A stretch of 63,659 nt of DNA, filler included, from Phoronis australis (taxonomy: Eukaryota > Animalia > Phoronida), in NCBI GenBank assembly GCA_002633005.1. It is 5 parts of 5 records of this genome, joined end to end, with 100 filler letters (N's around TTAATTAATTAA, not from the genome) between each part and the next. Parts side by side here need not be neighbours in the genome. Positions count along the whole stretch, not along the records: positions 47,665 to 61,770 come from NMRA01000020.1; positions 61,871 to 63,659 come from NMRA01001219.1; 3 more parts are not named here. The stretch is one strand, 5' to 3'. Positions 51,235 through 63,659 of this stretch are shown here, in pieces. Each line of letters begins with the position of its first letter. Within the stretch, counting starts at the first letter, position 1. The notes beneath the pieces are model-generated. The model worked only from the letters and a program-made list of their open reading frames with translations, did no database searches and was not told the origin of the DNA. The translations under genes were made by a program, and so were the position numbers.

Positions 51235-52670
51235 CCGCCAAAAAACTAGACAGTGAATCAAAAGTTCATCGTGTTTTATGTGGAGACGACATAAACAAAG
51301 ACGAGATGGAACCAGAAAGGTTCCAACAGTCGTACGAACAACACTAACAATGCAATGGCGTGACTGCCTCTCCAGCTGTCACAGAAAATGAGTCAAACTT
51401 ACACTAAGAACGGGTATAGTTGAAAACACAGAGCTATTAAGATCCCCAGTCACTATGGCGTCGAAGGAAGTTAACACAGTAAAAGTAAAATCAGTTATAT
51501 ATCCAATCGTCCGTTTGGCAATGAGGTTTGTGGAACGATGGCGGGCGGCACCGGTGGGGCGACAAGTGAGCCAAGTGAATGTGGTAAACCGTCGTAACCA
51601 TGTAGCTGGACGGAAGGGCAAAGGCAACGACGAAGCGGATACGGGAACAGCACTCTTGATGTGTCCGATCTCAATTGAAATACGGTGATGTTCAGGGAGT
51701 TTGTACTTTTGGAGGGCCTGGAAACCTGAAGCCGGATCTATACGAATAACTCCGTGAGGGCCATCTAAAGAGCGCAATTCGAAACATATTTGGAAAAGAC
51801 CATTTCGAAGATCGATCTCGTGACGTTCAGTGGCAATGATACAAGCCGCTGTGTAAGAAAAGACAAACTCTCGGAGTACCAGAATGAGCTCTCGCTCGCG
51901 CTTTATGACGTCAGCTGCAAACGGTGTCCCAACGGCGGCACGGGTATCAAAGGTACTCAGCAGGGTAACGGTTTTAAAGAAAGAGCGCAATAAAGAACGT
52001 TGATGGCACATGCCAATGGCAGCCTAACTCGATTGCAAAGCAGCATCGTTGGGTGACGAGGCTCAGTTGATGGTAGGTGGGGTGATCCAACCGTAAGAGC
52101 CGATGGAGCGATGATGCGTTCTTCACGAGGCTTGTCTCGCCGAACCACAATTAAATCATCTGACGTAACAGCGGCGGTGTTGAGATCGTTTAACATTTCG
52201 AGCATTGTTTACTTTCTTTTAACGCTGTGTACTTTGGGTGAGATGAGAGTGTACTCCCCGTAATTCGGGAGACTCGGACTGAATGGATAAGCAAGATGAC
52301 CTCGTGTTGAAGGGAAGTCTGTGTTCTCCCTGAAGGACCTCTGCAGCAGCAGCACGGACCACCGCACAATCTTCCAGAGCCTTCATGAAAAGACACACTT
52401 GGCAAGAAGTGGTGGTGTACTCTGCGCTTTAGCGACTTGCGAAGTCGGAGACGATGTTAGTGGCATCTGATAGCGAGAAACGGTGAACAGAAACGTCTAC
52501 ACAGGAGGACGGACTGGAAATTTGCCTCTGCAGAGTTACTCGAAAGCTTGTACACAAGGCTAACTGTCTGTAAGTATTATAGCAGGATGAACTGACTGAA
52601 TCAGGTACGGGCTAACATGTTTCATAGAGGCAGCAATGGCGAGGGCTTCAATTTCACATGGGAGCCATGT
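51235..52670 (-). mobile_element. Decayed Gypsy-type fragment (RNase H, partial integrase, C-terminal tail)
   Basis: LPCEIEALAIAASMKH..ILTDS*PCVQAF..SDFASR (RNase H), then FAADVIKRERELILVLRE..SYT..RIDPASGF (integrase core), then a jump to a R.ST..YITDF tail. Same clade as 47665-48660. Confidence 0.8.
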
Positions 52671-52778
52671 AACCTTTGATTTCAGTCTGGAACTAAAGAT
52701 GCCGCAGACACGTGACGTGTCCTCACAAGAGAGATATAGTGTACCACCGATGCCTGGGCGTTTGGCGGAGGCGTTTGT

Positions 52779-55700
52779 TGAAAAGTTGTGAGTAAAACAA
52801 AGATTGTGCCCAGTTGGCTGTCGACCTAAAAGTGTATTGATATCAACAAATAATAGAATATATACAGGAATTTACAGGAAGTCAATAGGTTCTAGGAATA
52901 TATGACTAATACAGTACTGACTACAAAACAGGAACCACTAAGCCATAAACAACAACAGAATAGAATATAATGTAACTAGGATATAAACACATTCCAATAT
53001 AGTTATCAAATTCCACTCTCTTTCTTTTCCTTAAGATGATATATATTCCAAAAAACTATTTAATATAGTTTTACTAACAAATATACAATAAATGTTCTGA
53101 CTAAAATTCTAACATGCCTGTCTCTAACACGTTTCCCAGCACAAGAGAGGATGCTCCACGTTTTGTAAGACAATCAGCAAGTTGAACTTTAGAATCACAC
53201 CATGTAAATTCTTTAATCTGTTTGTTTTCAATGAGTTCCTTTATACCACTGATTTCCATTCTAAGCCTCTTCTCTGTTACAAACTTTTTGTGACTTAATT
53301 GCCTCAAGTAATGATTTACAATCAGTAAAACATACCAGTTGTACAACAGTAGAATCTGGTGTCCCACACGTCAATTCACCTAAAAGTGTCATTATCAAGA
53401 GAGACACATCAATGCCTTCTGCCATGGCTAAAGTTTCAGCTGCCAATGTACTTCTAACTACCCGTCTGATTTTCTTTGAATTCAACCAAATAGTTGTTAT
53501 TTTCCCAGACTTGTTCATCAAACCAATAAAATAACCCCAATGACTTCCACTGTCAGGTAAATTGTCCAAGGCAGCATCACTGAACAAAACCACGCACAAG
53601 TCACTGGCCGGTCCTAAGGATTGATACTTCAGAGACATCTTTGTTGACTTAGCCTTGCCAGTAATCTTGTTTACCATCAGCATGTCTTTTACAGTACAAC
53701 ATTTAATATTGTTCGCCTCAACACTAATATCAAACAGTAAATCTGGTCTGCTTTGGTGTGTAACCACAACAATTGCCCAACTTTGGACCTAAGAGTGTGC
53801 TTCTCATTCTCAGTCAACACAGAATCCTGTTTACCAGCTCTACTAGCACTAACATCAATCTGCAACAAATCATCTGTATATTCATTCTGATGCAAAATTA
53901 TCCTATTGTCACCTGTGCATTGCAATTCAATCCCATAGTATTTGAATGCATCACTATTCTCTTTGTCAACCTTAAAAGTTGATCTAATTTTGGAAATAAC
54001 AGTCCCAAACTCTTCTGTACCTCCCCAGACAAAATTATCAACATGACATGCGAGTATACCATAGACCTCATTTCTATCATTCATCCAGTAAAATATAGCA
54101 GGATCCACACTTGACATCTTCCCCAAGTTTTCCAACTGACTGATTTCACCCAAAAATACCAATTCAGGAAGCGTCGCTTAGGCCATATGCGCATTTTTCC
54201 AATCGCCATAATTTACTTTTCGCATTGGCTTCTTTGGGGGGTCTGATATATATTTCCCTGTTAATAGGATTTCCCTGCAAAAATACTGTCTTAATGTCCA
54301 TTGAATTCATTTTCCAGTTTTTCATGGCCAAAATTGGAACAATCAAGCGCAGTGACTCATACGCACATGAAGGTGAATCTTTTTGAATGTCGTTTTGAAA
54401 TTCCTCAAAACCTCTAGCCACTAAGCGGGCTTTGGGAACCACCCCATTCTCTATGTTTTTAACGGTACACACTTTAATTTCGCATACAGTGTCCCCAATC
54501 TGCACTGGCAATGTTACTGTCTTGGTTGACACGATATTCTTCCCAAAGCCAAATTTGAACGATCTCTGACTGGGAACTGTCTTGACTTCAACTTGAGATT
54601 GATTCTCGAGATAAGTGTCCAGCCAGTTTTGCCCACATACTGTTCTTGAATACCCCGTTTTAAGAATAGCATAGTCCTTGGTTTCTGTCAGCAAAACAGT
54701 GCCATTGTCCAGTAACCAATCAACATGATTTTGTTTCTTCTCCGTACAGACTTTAGCTCAATGAAACGCAAAATTTCAGATCCTGCAGGATGTTCTTCGG
54801 TCACAATTGTTTAATGGGTTCGTTCCCCTCTGTGCCATATCTGTTTTGGCTCTCTGTGGAGCTCTCCTCCACTTACCATAGAGGACTTCCTCTTTTATCG
54901 CAATGCTCTCTAACGCCTCACTTTTAACATAATATGTTACAAAAATTCGCCGACTGAAATGTCGACTTCATACTTTCATACGTTAAGTCCGTACACGCCG
55001 TCATTGTCATTTGTTTCCTCTGTTTTGCTGAGATTTTCCCCATCCAGAAGCTTGAACGATAGAACAGCATCCGGTAAAAACATGTCATATTTGTGACACT
55101 TCTTATTTAAGCCGTCAAAGTCACAAATAAAATCACTAATTGGCTGACCGTCCTTACGCAAAAAGGTGTCAAATTTTTTATGCTTCATAAGCATAGTCTT
55201 TGCTCTCCTTAAGATAGATCATATCTAGTTCTTCCACTAGTGTTATTAGACCGTCCTTTTTCTCTAGGTCCTTGGCTTCGAGTTGCAGCGCAGTTTCCCG
55301 CGCTCTCCCTGTGAGATTTAAACTCACCGCTGGGCCCTGTTTTTCACAAGGTTAATCAGTTACCCTCTTCCACAGTTCTATCTCTTGCTTCCACTCCTGA
55401 TAGTTTTCCTCAAACCTAGGTGGGTTCTTGTAGCTAACAGTGGAAGACATTTCAACCTTGCTCTACTACCATGAAAAGTCGTGAGTAAAACAAAGATTGT
55501 GCCCAGTTGGGTGTCGAACTAAAAGTGTATTGATATAAAAAATAATAGAATATACAGAAATGTACAGGAAGTCAATAGGTTCTAGGAATATATGACTAAT
55601 ACAGTACTGACTACAAAACAGGAACCACTAAATCATAAACAACAACAGGATAGAATATTATGTAATTACAGGATATAAACACATTCAGATATAGTTATCA
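52779..55700 (-). mobile_element. Copia (GalEa-like) LTR retrotransposon, integrase deleted
   Basis: ~230-bp LTRs 52779-53008 and 55472-55700 (TG..CA), TSD TTTGT/TTTGC, PBS TGGTAGTAGAGC, PPT GGAAAAGAAAGAGAGTGG. Gag MSSTVSYKNPPRF..YQEWK.EI.LW, protease remnant, RT KARLVARGFEE / MDIKTVFLQG / YGLSDAS / HVDN, RNase H RVVRSTLAAE / KRLR / LADCLTK. Confidence 0.93.
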
Positions 55701-55789
55701 TTTGCGACTATTCTTAGCTGGTAGAGTGGTAGTTTTATGCGTGGACAGTGCCTTTTGGGACTAGGTGAAAGCAACATGTAATTCATCCG

Positions 55790-56302
55790 TCCAGGTAATG
55801 CGGCCTTTTGATTCGCACCCAGATATATCGGTTTCCAATGGGGTAATGAAAGATGCACAGTAAGGCATGACTCTCGACATAGTTTTCACGGCTCCGATGA
55901 AGGATCTCATTTATCGAACAACTATGAACAATGACTCCACCACTCACGTCACTGTGTCTGTGATATGCCGGGTCCTTAACTCCAGCCATTTTCTGGGTAC
56001 TACAAACTAAATCCAACGTAACAACCTAGCTTGTCGTAGAAAACTCGTCAGTGGGAGGTGGTGACGACGATGTTAGGAAACCACCACGAAAACTACAGTG
56101 GAACAGATCCTCACAGTAAACTCGAACGCAGAAACAGTATGGCGGTTAATTGGTTAATTCTTAACCCCCTAAACGTCACTACCAGTGTAGAGTGCAACTA
56201 CATAAAAGTAGTGGAAGCCGTAGTTTACTGAAGCATATGTCTGGGAAAATGAAAGAGCCGTATTTATTACTAAAAACGACATGAAAAAGGTTGACTTTTC
56301 CT
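55790..56302 (-). mobile_element. Diverged terminal fragment related to the 17374/45564 Kolobok family
   Basis: Ends GACATGAAAAAGGTTGACTTTTCCT-TTAA like the family TIR. Inward ORF MAGVKDPAYH..SDVSGGVIVHS parallels MAGVGDPYHSDSGVSDGDLVHS. Confidence 0.7.
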
Positions 56303-59300
56303 TTAAGTTTATTTCGTTTTATCTTAAATTGGTGATTGGAAAACGTTTTTTATTATTCACCAAGAGTTGTTTTTACCTTTTTTCCCAAGACACTCCTTAT
56401 TAGTTTTTGTTAACGCGGCCATCCGCAGTATCACAAATTCTATCTGCGCGCGTGCTCAGATTACAAGGACCAATATCCACTGGGTTGTCATAATGGACCA
56501 GTAGCTCGCAAAAATGTTAGACCTGGAGCTGGTCTCCAATCTCAGACTCGACTCAGACTGAAACTCATACTTCATACTCAATTCTAGTACAGTCTCATCT
56601 TTGGTGTATTCAATGTCATACTAAAAAAAAATCTGTACTCGACATCTCGTACTCGCTTTTCGAGTATACTCGAAGTGAAGTGTATCTCATCTATATTTCG
56701 AGTACGATTTTGAATAAAAATTCCGAGATGTTGCGCATTTTATCGTGCTTTTTAATCCATTTTTTCCGTTCTTTTTTCTTGAATAATGACCGTTACAACT
56801 ATGCAACAGGTGTTCAACATTGTCTCTTTTATTGTCATTTTCCAAAGTCTAATTTTGTTTAGTAACATAACAATCGAAAATGCGTTCCAATGTCTTTTAC
56901 GATAACATACACTCATGTATCAGGATCACTAACTTTTACTTTCTGATGTAAAATGTTTATTTCTAAACCTTTATGGAAAGTCCTAAACCGCAGCCAATGT
57001 CATGAGCCATCCACAGTACCTTTGAATGCAACTTGACAGATGTTACCCATTTTTATCTATCGGAAAACCTACGAATTTCGGATAGATTGTTGGAAAAGTT
57101 CATCTCGTTTTTCGTGAAGTTCATTGCATTCCGCTTTTTTTCTGACGAATGCAATTGCATCAAACGGCACCAAAGGCCTGACTAATTGTAATATATAGAC
57201 GTACAATTTGGATGAATTCCTACTGCAATGCAAAATGGGTTCTCTGTCTATTGAAGGCTCTGAAGCATGCGACCGGACTGTCTCCGTGTGCTTTGAACAC
57301 TCCATCAACAGACTGGGATGACTGCCTGGCCTGTTGGCACTGGCCCCCAAAAACATTTTCAGGCGTCAGGGTTAAATCGTGGCAACCCACAAAGGCCTGC
57401 GGCTGGAGAAAGTAGAAAAAAAAATTGCGAATTAGGGATAAGAGAGAAAATTCAAGAGAACATTTAACAACTCTGCATCAGAGCATGGTTTACCTTTTGA
57501 GGACCCTGACCAGGACATTGTCGTTAGGGTCTCCGCTTTTAGAGCACAGGTCGTCTAAACACACTTGAAAACGTGCGCGAAATCCATCATACATATATTT
57601 CGAATCATCGAGAAAATTTGTAAAGCGAAACTTTTGCGGAGCGTACTAATTTTCTGGATTTTTAAATTCAGTAAATCAAGTTTGCGAATGCAAAATTATG
57701 TTTTTCCACATGCCCCTCTCTGGCAAGAGATAACGGAGAAAACTTTCACTTTATTTTTTTTCTCGAAACTGTACTTGAGAAAAATTGATGACCTGACATA
57801 TAACATCAAATGCCGCACATTTCCTGATATTTGAAAATATAGATATTTTCATATTTAAAGGCCTCGTCCTTGAAGGAGGCCATTGATGACATTCAAGTGG
57901 CCACCTTTTTGTGTTTTTATTGACAAATTCCTAAGGGGCCGCCCACGGAGAGAGGACCCAATGTTGGAATCGATTACCTCTACTTTCCTGTTTTTTGTGA
58001 AATCGTGGAGCCGACTTTTGTTGAAGGAGCTCACTCCCTGCATCGTTTTGGGATCACAAGACGGTGAAATGCACTGTCACTCTTTTTCCAAGCTTAATGA
58101 TGTTTAGCCTTTTATATGAAGGTGTCCCATTTCAGACGGGAGAAATGTCCCTTTGTCCCTCTATACATGTAAATCCGACATTTCTGAGTATTCACGATGG
58201 AAGTTGAGATTCCAAATTCATCAAATTTAAAACAAACAACATTCGTGCACAGCACAGCCATTCGACCCAAACAACCAAAAATGAGACAAAATACATTAGG
58301 ATTGCCGCCATCGAAAGGGTGGAATTTTGAAGAAATTTGAGGACCACTATTTGTGAATTACACAAAAGGAATATTCCCGATGGTTAGTTATAAAATAATG
58401 TTACCGTTTCCCGTAGTATCACACGAATAGTATCTCTTTTGAAGATGGCTTCTATGAGTTGTTTGTAAGGAATTCCTACATGTGGAAACCACTGCTGTCT
58501 AGGCTACTATTTTGTGATGACCATGTACATGTCGAAAGGGGGTACGCAAAGAACCCTCGCAATCATAAACAAAGATTTCAGCGTTATTTTTTGGCAGTGG
58601 GGTTCAAGTTTACTTCGTGAACCGTTATAGGTACCTCTGAAATGAGCAAAAATACACCTTAATACGAATTCCCCATTTTCCATATTCCCCCGGTTGCCCG
58701 TCAAAAGTTTCAAAGCATTCATGCAGAACTTGCTTATAACATTCCATTTTGATAAACAAATTCGTTGGTTTCTGATTTACTTTTTTATGTATCTACGGAA
58801 ATAGATAGATCCATAGATGATTTTTGATAATTAAAAACTAATCTTGTAAGAATTGATGATGTTTCAGTGAATTTAATTGCAACCTGAAGTTGGAAAAAAT
58901 CAAAACCCGATCCCCAAATAGTAAAGTACATTTTTGCATATCTAAAATAACTCTCAAAAACATTGATGAAATTCGGACTCACAAACCGTAAAAAGAAAAA
59001 AACGTTTTAAAAATCCTTTAATAAATAAAATTAAACTCATTGCTTGGAAAGGTTGTCTTTACACTTTCTTGGTGTTTTTAGTTTCCAGCAGTATTAAGCA
59101 ATGAATTTTTGTTCTTCAAAACTGAATTGATTGCTTGTCCTTATTCGCATGCACGTCATGACGTACCCATGTTAAAAATAAGATGTAATTATGCAGTTGG
59201 CCCGCGCAGAACTTCAATGATCCACGGGAACTGAATTTGAGCTCCAGGCGGTCAGGAAGTTTGTACATTTTTGGGACACACTATTCTTTTCCCCAGCCAC

Positions 59301-60646
59301 TAGAAACTGGACTACCGGTCGTGTTTCAACTAGTCATTCTGAAACAGCTCCAAAGGCACTATACCAGGAACTTCGGGATCCCAACTTTTCAAAAAAAAAT
59401 TCAAAGAATGACCATAATAAAATAAAGTTTTCCCGAAACTGGATCACAATAAAACGAACGTTGACCTTAGAGCGAGCGCAAACGGTCGATACGAGCTACC
59501 TGTCTCAAGTGAATCACAGCTGAGCTGACCAGCAACTAGCTTTAGTTCATCGGGAATTTCTTATTTTCACACTGTTAGATCTCAGCTATAGCTACTTGAA
59601 GCAGCCGGTCCCTGTACAGATCCTAGGCCCAATCTTACTCTCCGTGTTGGTTAACGGTTACTGAACTCTTGATGGCTTCAACCAGGATTTTGAGTGGGGG
59701 GGCAGGGCAGAGTATTAGCCAGGGTTTTACCCCTCAGAAATCCGCACCCCGAACTGCCAAATGGAATCCGGAAGAATTTCATGGGGGCCATGACCCCTTA
59801 GCCACCTTAAACGCAAATATGGTGGCATTGGGAGCAGGAGGCAAGACGTGGGGGGGGGGGTGGNNNNNNNNNNNNNNNNNNNNNNNNNNNNNNNNNNNNN
59901 NNNNNNNNNNNNNNNNNNNNNNNNNNNNNNNNNNNNNNNNNNNNNNNNNNNNNNNNNNNNNNNNNNNNNNNNNNNNNNNNNNNNNNNNNNNNNNNNNNNN
60001 NNNNNNNNNNNNNNNNNNNNNNNNNNNNNNNNNNNNNNNNNNNNNNNNNNNNNNNNNNNNNNNNNNNNNNNNNNNNNNNNNNNNNNNNNNNNNNNNNNNN
60101 NNNNNNNNNNNNNNNNNNNNNNNNNNNNNNNNNNNNNNNNNNNNNNNNNNNNNNNNNNNNNNNNNNNNNNNNNNNNNNNNNNNNNNNNNNNNNNNNNNNN
60201 NNNNNNNNNNNNNNNNNNNNNNNNNNNNNNNNNNNNNNNNNNNNNNNNNNNNNNNNNNNNNNNNNNNNNNNNNNNNNNNNNNNNNNNNNNNNNNNNNNNN
60301 NNNNNNNNNNNNNNNNNNNNNNNNNNNNNNNNNNNNNNNNNNNNNNNNNNNNNNNNNNNNNNNNNNNNNNNNNNNNNNNNNNNNNNNNNNNNNNNNNNNN
60401 NNNNNNNNNNNNNNNNNNNNNNNNNNNNNNNNNNNNNNNNNNNNNNNNNNNNNNNNNNNNNNNNNNNNNNNNNNNNNNNNNNNNNNNNNNNNNNNNNNNN
60501 NNNNNNNNNNNNNNNNNNNNNNNNNNNNNNNNNNNNNNNNNNNNNNNNNNNNNNNNNNNNNNNNNNNNNNNNNNNNNNNNNNNNNNNNNNNNNNNNNNNN
60601 NNNNNNNNNNNNNNNNNNNNNNNNNNNNNNNNNNNNNNNNNNNNNN

Positions 60647-61392
60647 TTGTTGTAGCTCCATGCAGGCAAATATCGTTTCCTTAGGTCATCGTAGAATGGG
60701 CATTCGATAACAAAATGATATTCTGACTCGACATATGTCCTAACACAGAGAGGGCATAACCTTTCTGTTCTGCTAAGTTTCAAGTGTCTACCCTTTTCAA
60801 TCATTAGTGCATGCGCTGAACATCTCAATCTTACCATATCAGATCTAACATTTACATTGTCAATTACATCTAAATAGTTTTAAAAACATATATTTAACTT
60901 TAAAGGTCTGTAAGTTTCCAGCTTAATCGAATTGTTCAAAATATCTTGCCATTTTTGCTGATCAATATCTTTGCATCTTTGTTTAAAAAGTGATATGAAG
61001 CTTGTCTCGGAACCTACACCCTGATTATACCAAGCTTCTCCAAAACCAAACTGAAATAGCAATTTCTTAACATCATTAACCCATCACGGTTTATTAACAT
61101 TTTCCGTCATATTGTACTGCCATTCATAGCAATGATATGTAATTTTTGACTCATCGATTCTTAATAGTTTCAACCAATATTTCATAATTCTAGGAAGTCG
61201 GTAAGCAATCAAGGAGTAACGACCCATCTCACCTCTAGCAGTCGATGACATTGCCGTACTAGGCAAATTTAAAATTTCTTTACAAAATTTTGTGTGGACT
61301 ATTTCAATACATTCGTAATCACTAAAACCCCAGATCTCACAACCATAATGAAGTATCGGCAATATTTTACAATCGAATAATTTTAAACTAAC
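60647..61392 (-). mobile_element. Non-LTR retrotransposon (LINE) ORF2 3' end
   Basis: ILPILHYGCEIWG..H.KFCK.IL..GEMGRY..KYWLKLL, then RCSAHALMIEKGRH..RLCPLC..ESEYHFVIECP (CCHC). Interrupted at 61393 by a TTAA insertion. Confidence 0.85.
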
Positions 61393-61396
61393 TTAA

Positions 61397-61770
61397 AGTC
61401 CTTGTCTCACGCGTTTTTAACCCTTATTACATGGTTAGAGGATGTTATAAGGATCCAAGAAGTACCTACCCCATAACTAATACACGATCCGTACTCGAAA
61501 ACAGTTTAAATGAACGCGCCACTCACGATTCGCACCCGAAGAAACACCGCCATTTTGAACTTGTCCCGAACCCGGAAGTACAATTCATTCAGGAACCCAA
61601 GCCGAGAAAACGCCGTCAGTGCGACTGGAGCAGTAACTGTACTGTTACCAGCCAGCAAACGGGGATACAAAAATCGACAGCGCGCCTTAATTTTGATAAA
61701 ATCAAACTACGGACAATTTTATGGAATTGCTGAAGAAATGTGGCGAATAAATTTTGACAGAAATTATTTT
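61397..61770. mobile_element. Left end of Kolobok-like element (second copy of the 42444 family)
   Basis: TTAA (61393-61396) then AGTCCTTGTCTCACGCG. Near-identical to 42444-42820. Runs into a gap. Confidence 0.75.
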
Positions 61771-61870
61771 NNNNNNNNNNNNNNNNNNNNNNNNNNNNNN
61801 NNNNNNNNNNNNNNTTAATTAATTAANNNNNNNNNNNNNNNNNNNNNNNNNNNNNNNNNNNNNNNNNNNN

Positions 61871-63040
61871 GACACCGTCTTCGGATTCTTCCAACTCGTA
61901 CACGTAAATTCTAATTCGGAATACGTTTTGCATTTCCGGAACATCGTCCAGGAAAACGCCTTGGAACTGATTGGATGGAAGACCCTTGTGACGTCGATAT
62001 TGATCGAAAAGTTGTTTGGTCAACTGCTGTGAACCCTTATGAGATCGCAGTCGATGAGCGGCCAGACAGCGAAAGAAACACAACCCATCGTCGTGTTTCC
62101 CGTGTCCGTCACCTGTCATCGCCCACTTGCCTTTATTACGTACAAGATACGGTGGAAGCGAAACGGGTGCGCCGATGGGGTGACCAATCATGTGCGTTGC
62201 GTAAACAGTTATGTTAGTAACTAGTTCAACGATCCACCTCGACGTGGGTCGTCGTTGTCTCACCAATTCGAGAACGTCCAGGTCCCCTAGAATGGAAAAT
62301 AACGCGTCCAGATCTCGTTCTCGCCTCACGACAAGGGGCACATCCATGAACGCGTTATTGTTCAAACTAGAGTGGAAATACCGGAGTTCGTTGTCCTCTT
62401 GGTTTCTCAAAATGAATCCGTAAGAAAAATTTATTTGTAATGCAACAGTCTGTTGTCTAAATACCGTCAGCAGGTCTTCTCGTAGGTTTTCGGGATTCAA
62501 CCCTTGCAATCTAAAGTTGTAAATATCTTGCAGCCTTCTTCTCACGGCTGCTCTAGTACGTATGGCAGACCAGTTGTCCCGATAGACGGCAGCCATATTG
62601 GGATCGATGTTTTCGAGGATTTGTGGTACAATCGGATCTTCAGCGATGACGTTATTTCCTGGCGATGACGCCGCGCTGAAGGTAGAGCCGTGGTGAGGGC
62701 CGTGTCGGGGGACGTCGTGCAGATTTTGACCGCATCGGTGTCTCTCGACACTATCCCTTCGGCTGAAGGTCCTACCACAAAATTGGCACTCGTGCCTTCC
62801 CCCGTGAACCCTTTGTTGATGTCGTTGCAGGCCTCGGGGCGTAGGGAACGTCTTTCCACAAATATTGCAGTGGTCTTTCATGGCTGAAAACATAGATAAA
62901 GTAATAAATATATAAATAAAATAAAAGTCAATCTGAATCCGAATACCATAAAGCAAACCCTCAGACATAGTTTCGTAAAGATCGCCCGCTCTCTCGTAGT
63001 CACCGTCTATGAGGTGGTTGTAAACATAAGCCGCGCTCAT
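61871..63040 (-). CDS. C2H2 zinc-finger-fused N-terminus of a probable Polinton/Maverick-type protein-primed DNA polymerase B (partial)
   Basis: Two C2H2 fingers (CNICGKTF..H...H; CQFCGRTFSRRD..H), then YNFRL, INFSYGFILRN.E..RYFH..NN, RP.S.W, HPIG..LP.YL and D.LCFFRCLA.H. Open to the gap. Likely start ATG 62881 after a 75-bp intron-like tract. Polymerase motifs themselves are not in the window. Confidence 0.6.
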
Positions 63041-63659
63041 TTCTAAAAACCAAGATGTCTCAATCAGAGAACGATCAGCTCTATAATAGTTTCATTGTTA
63101 TACACATTGTTTAAGGTGTCCCATTAACCATCATATACATTTGTGCGGAAAACAATTTCTTTCATACCGCTCTAAATCAAGCAATACGCGGAGTACTCTA
63201 TATTTTTCTTCCAACACGTTGTTAATTCTGTGATTTTTACCGTCTCGTTGGTGGGAGCAAGCTAGTCGTGTTGCATGCCATTGCGTAAAGTCACTAACCT
63301 GTCGTGTGCCTTTTTTCGTCTTGATTGGGTCACTTGTTGTTTTCGGGTGATCTCCGCTTCTACAGACGGTTTGATTTACTGAAATTAACAAAACGTAACC
63401 CTTTAAATACACGAACGCAAAACCAGTCTAAACCGGTTCGTGTAACATTATCGCAAATAACAGCGCGTGATTGGTCAGCGTTTAAGTATTATAAAACGAG
63501 AGTTTCCTGTGATGAACGGTACCATACTCTCACTTACCTGATGACGTCAACAGTCACGTGATTTCCAATTCCTCCTGGTCTTCGTTCTGGTTTACCCACG
63601 TACGACCTTGGCCTTAACCTACGGTGTTAGATGGTTTGATGCACTGCAATAGACAAAAC

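Noticed and set aside
26411-59285. Inverted mariner-like ends (AGTGTGTCCCAAAAATGTACA at about 26416 and its complement at about 59262) as borders of one 33-kb element
   Set aside because: More simply two independent truncated copies of a common repeat. The right copy lacks an intact CTG-TA end and several gaps intervene.
59669-60837. Long ORFs of 278-352 aa (also 43229-43537)
   Set aside because: Almost entirely X from N gaps. Only the LINE part beyond 60647 is real.

Overview
AT-rich, intron-containing animal (probably marine invertebrate) scaffold with six assembly gaps. It is dominated by transposon debris and holds three host-type gene units. (1) A decayed BIRC6/BRUCE copy (19.5-32.2 kb) whose exon blocks are out of protein order and are interrupted by a MITE and two solo LTRs. 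(2) A multi-exon Ig-superfamily gene (35.8-40.3 kb) with a cysteine-less V domain, two C-type domains and a stalk. (3) An intact 795-codon single-exon GAF-GAF-PDEase (PDE10-like) ORF (48.7-51.1 kb) with Glu in place of the invariant substrate Gln, wedged between two convergent Gypsy-type 3' ends. Mobile DNA includes about eight Kolobok-type (TTAA-target) elements. Two of them are full copies of one internally deleted family with ~160-bp TIRs and convergent THAP-transposase and P2X7-ballast-like (KolX) stubs. Also present: an integrase-less GalEa-type Copia element, Penelope and LINE fragments, Tc2/pogo- and Harbinger-like MITEs, and the N-terminus of a probable Polinton/Maverick-type polymerase. 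All protein family calls come from motif recognition by eye; no searches were run.
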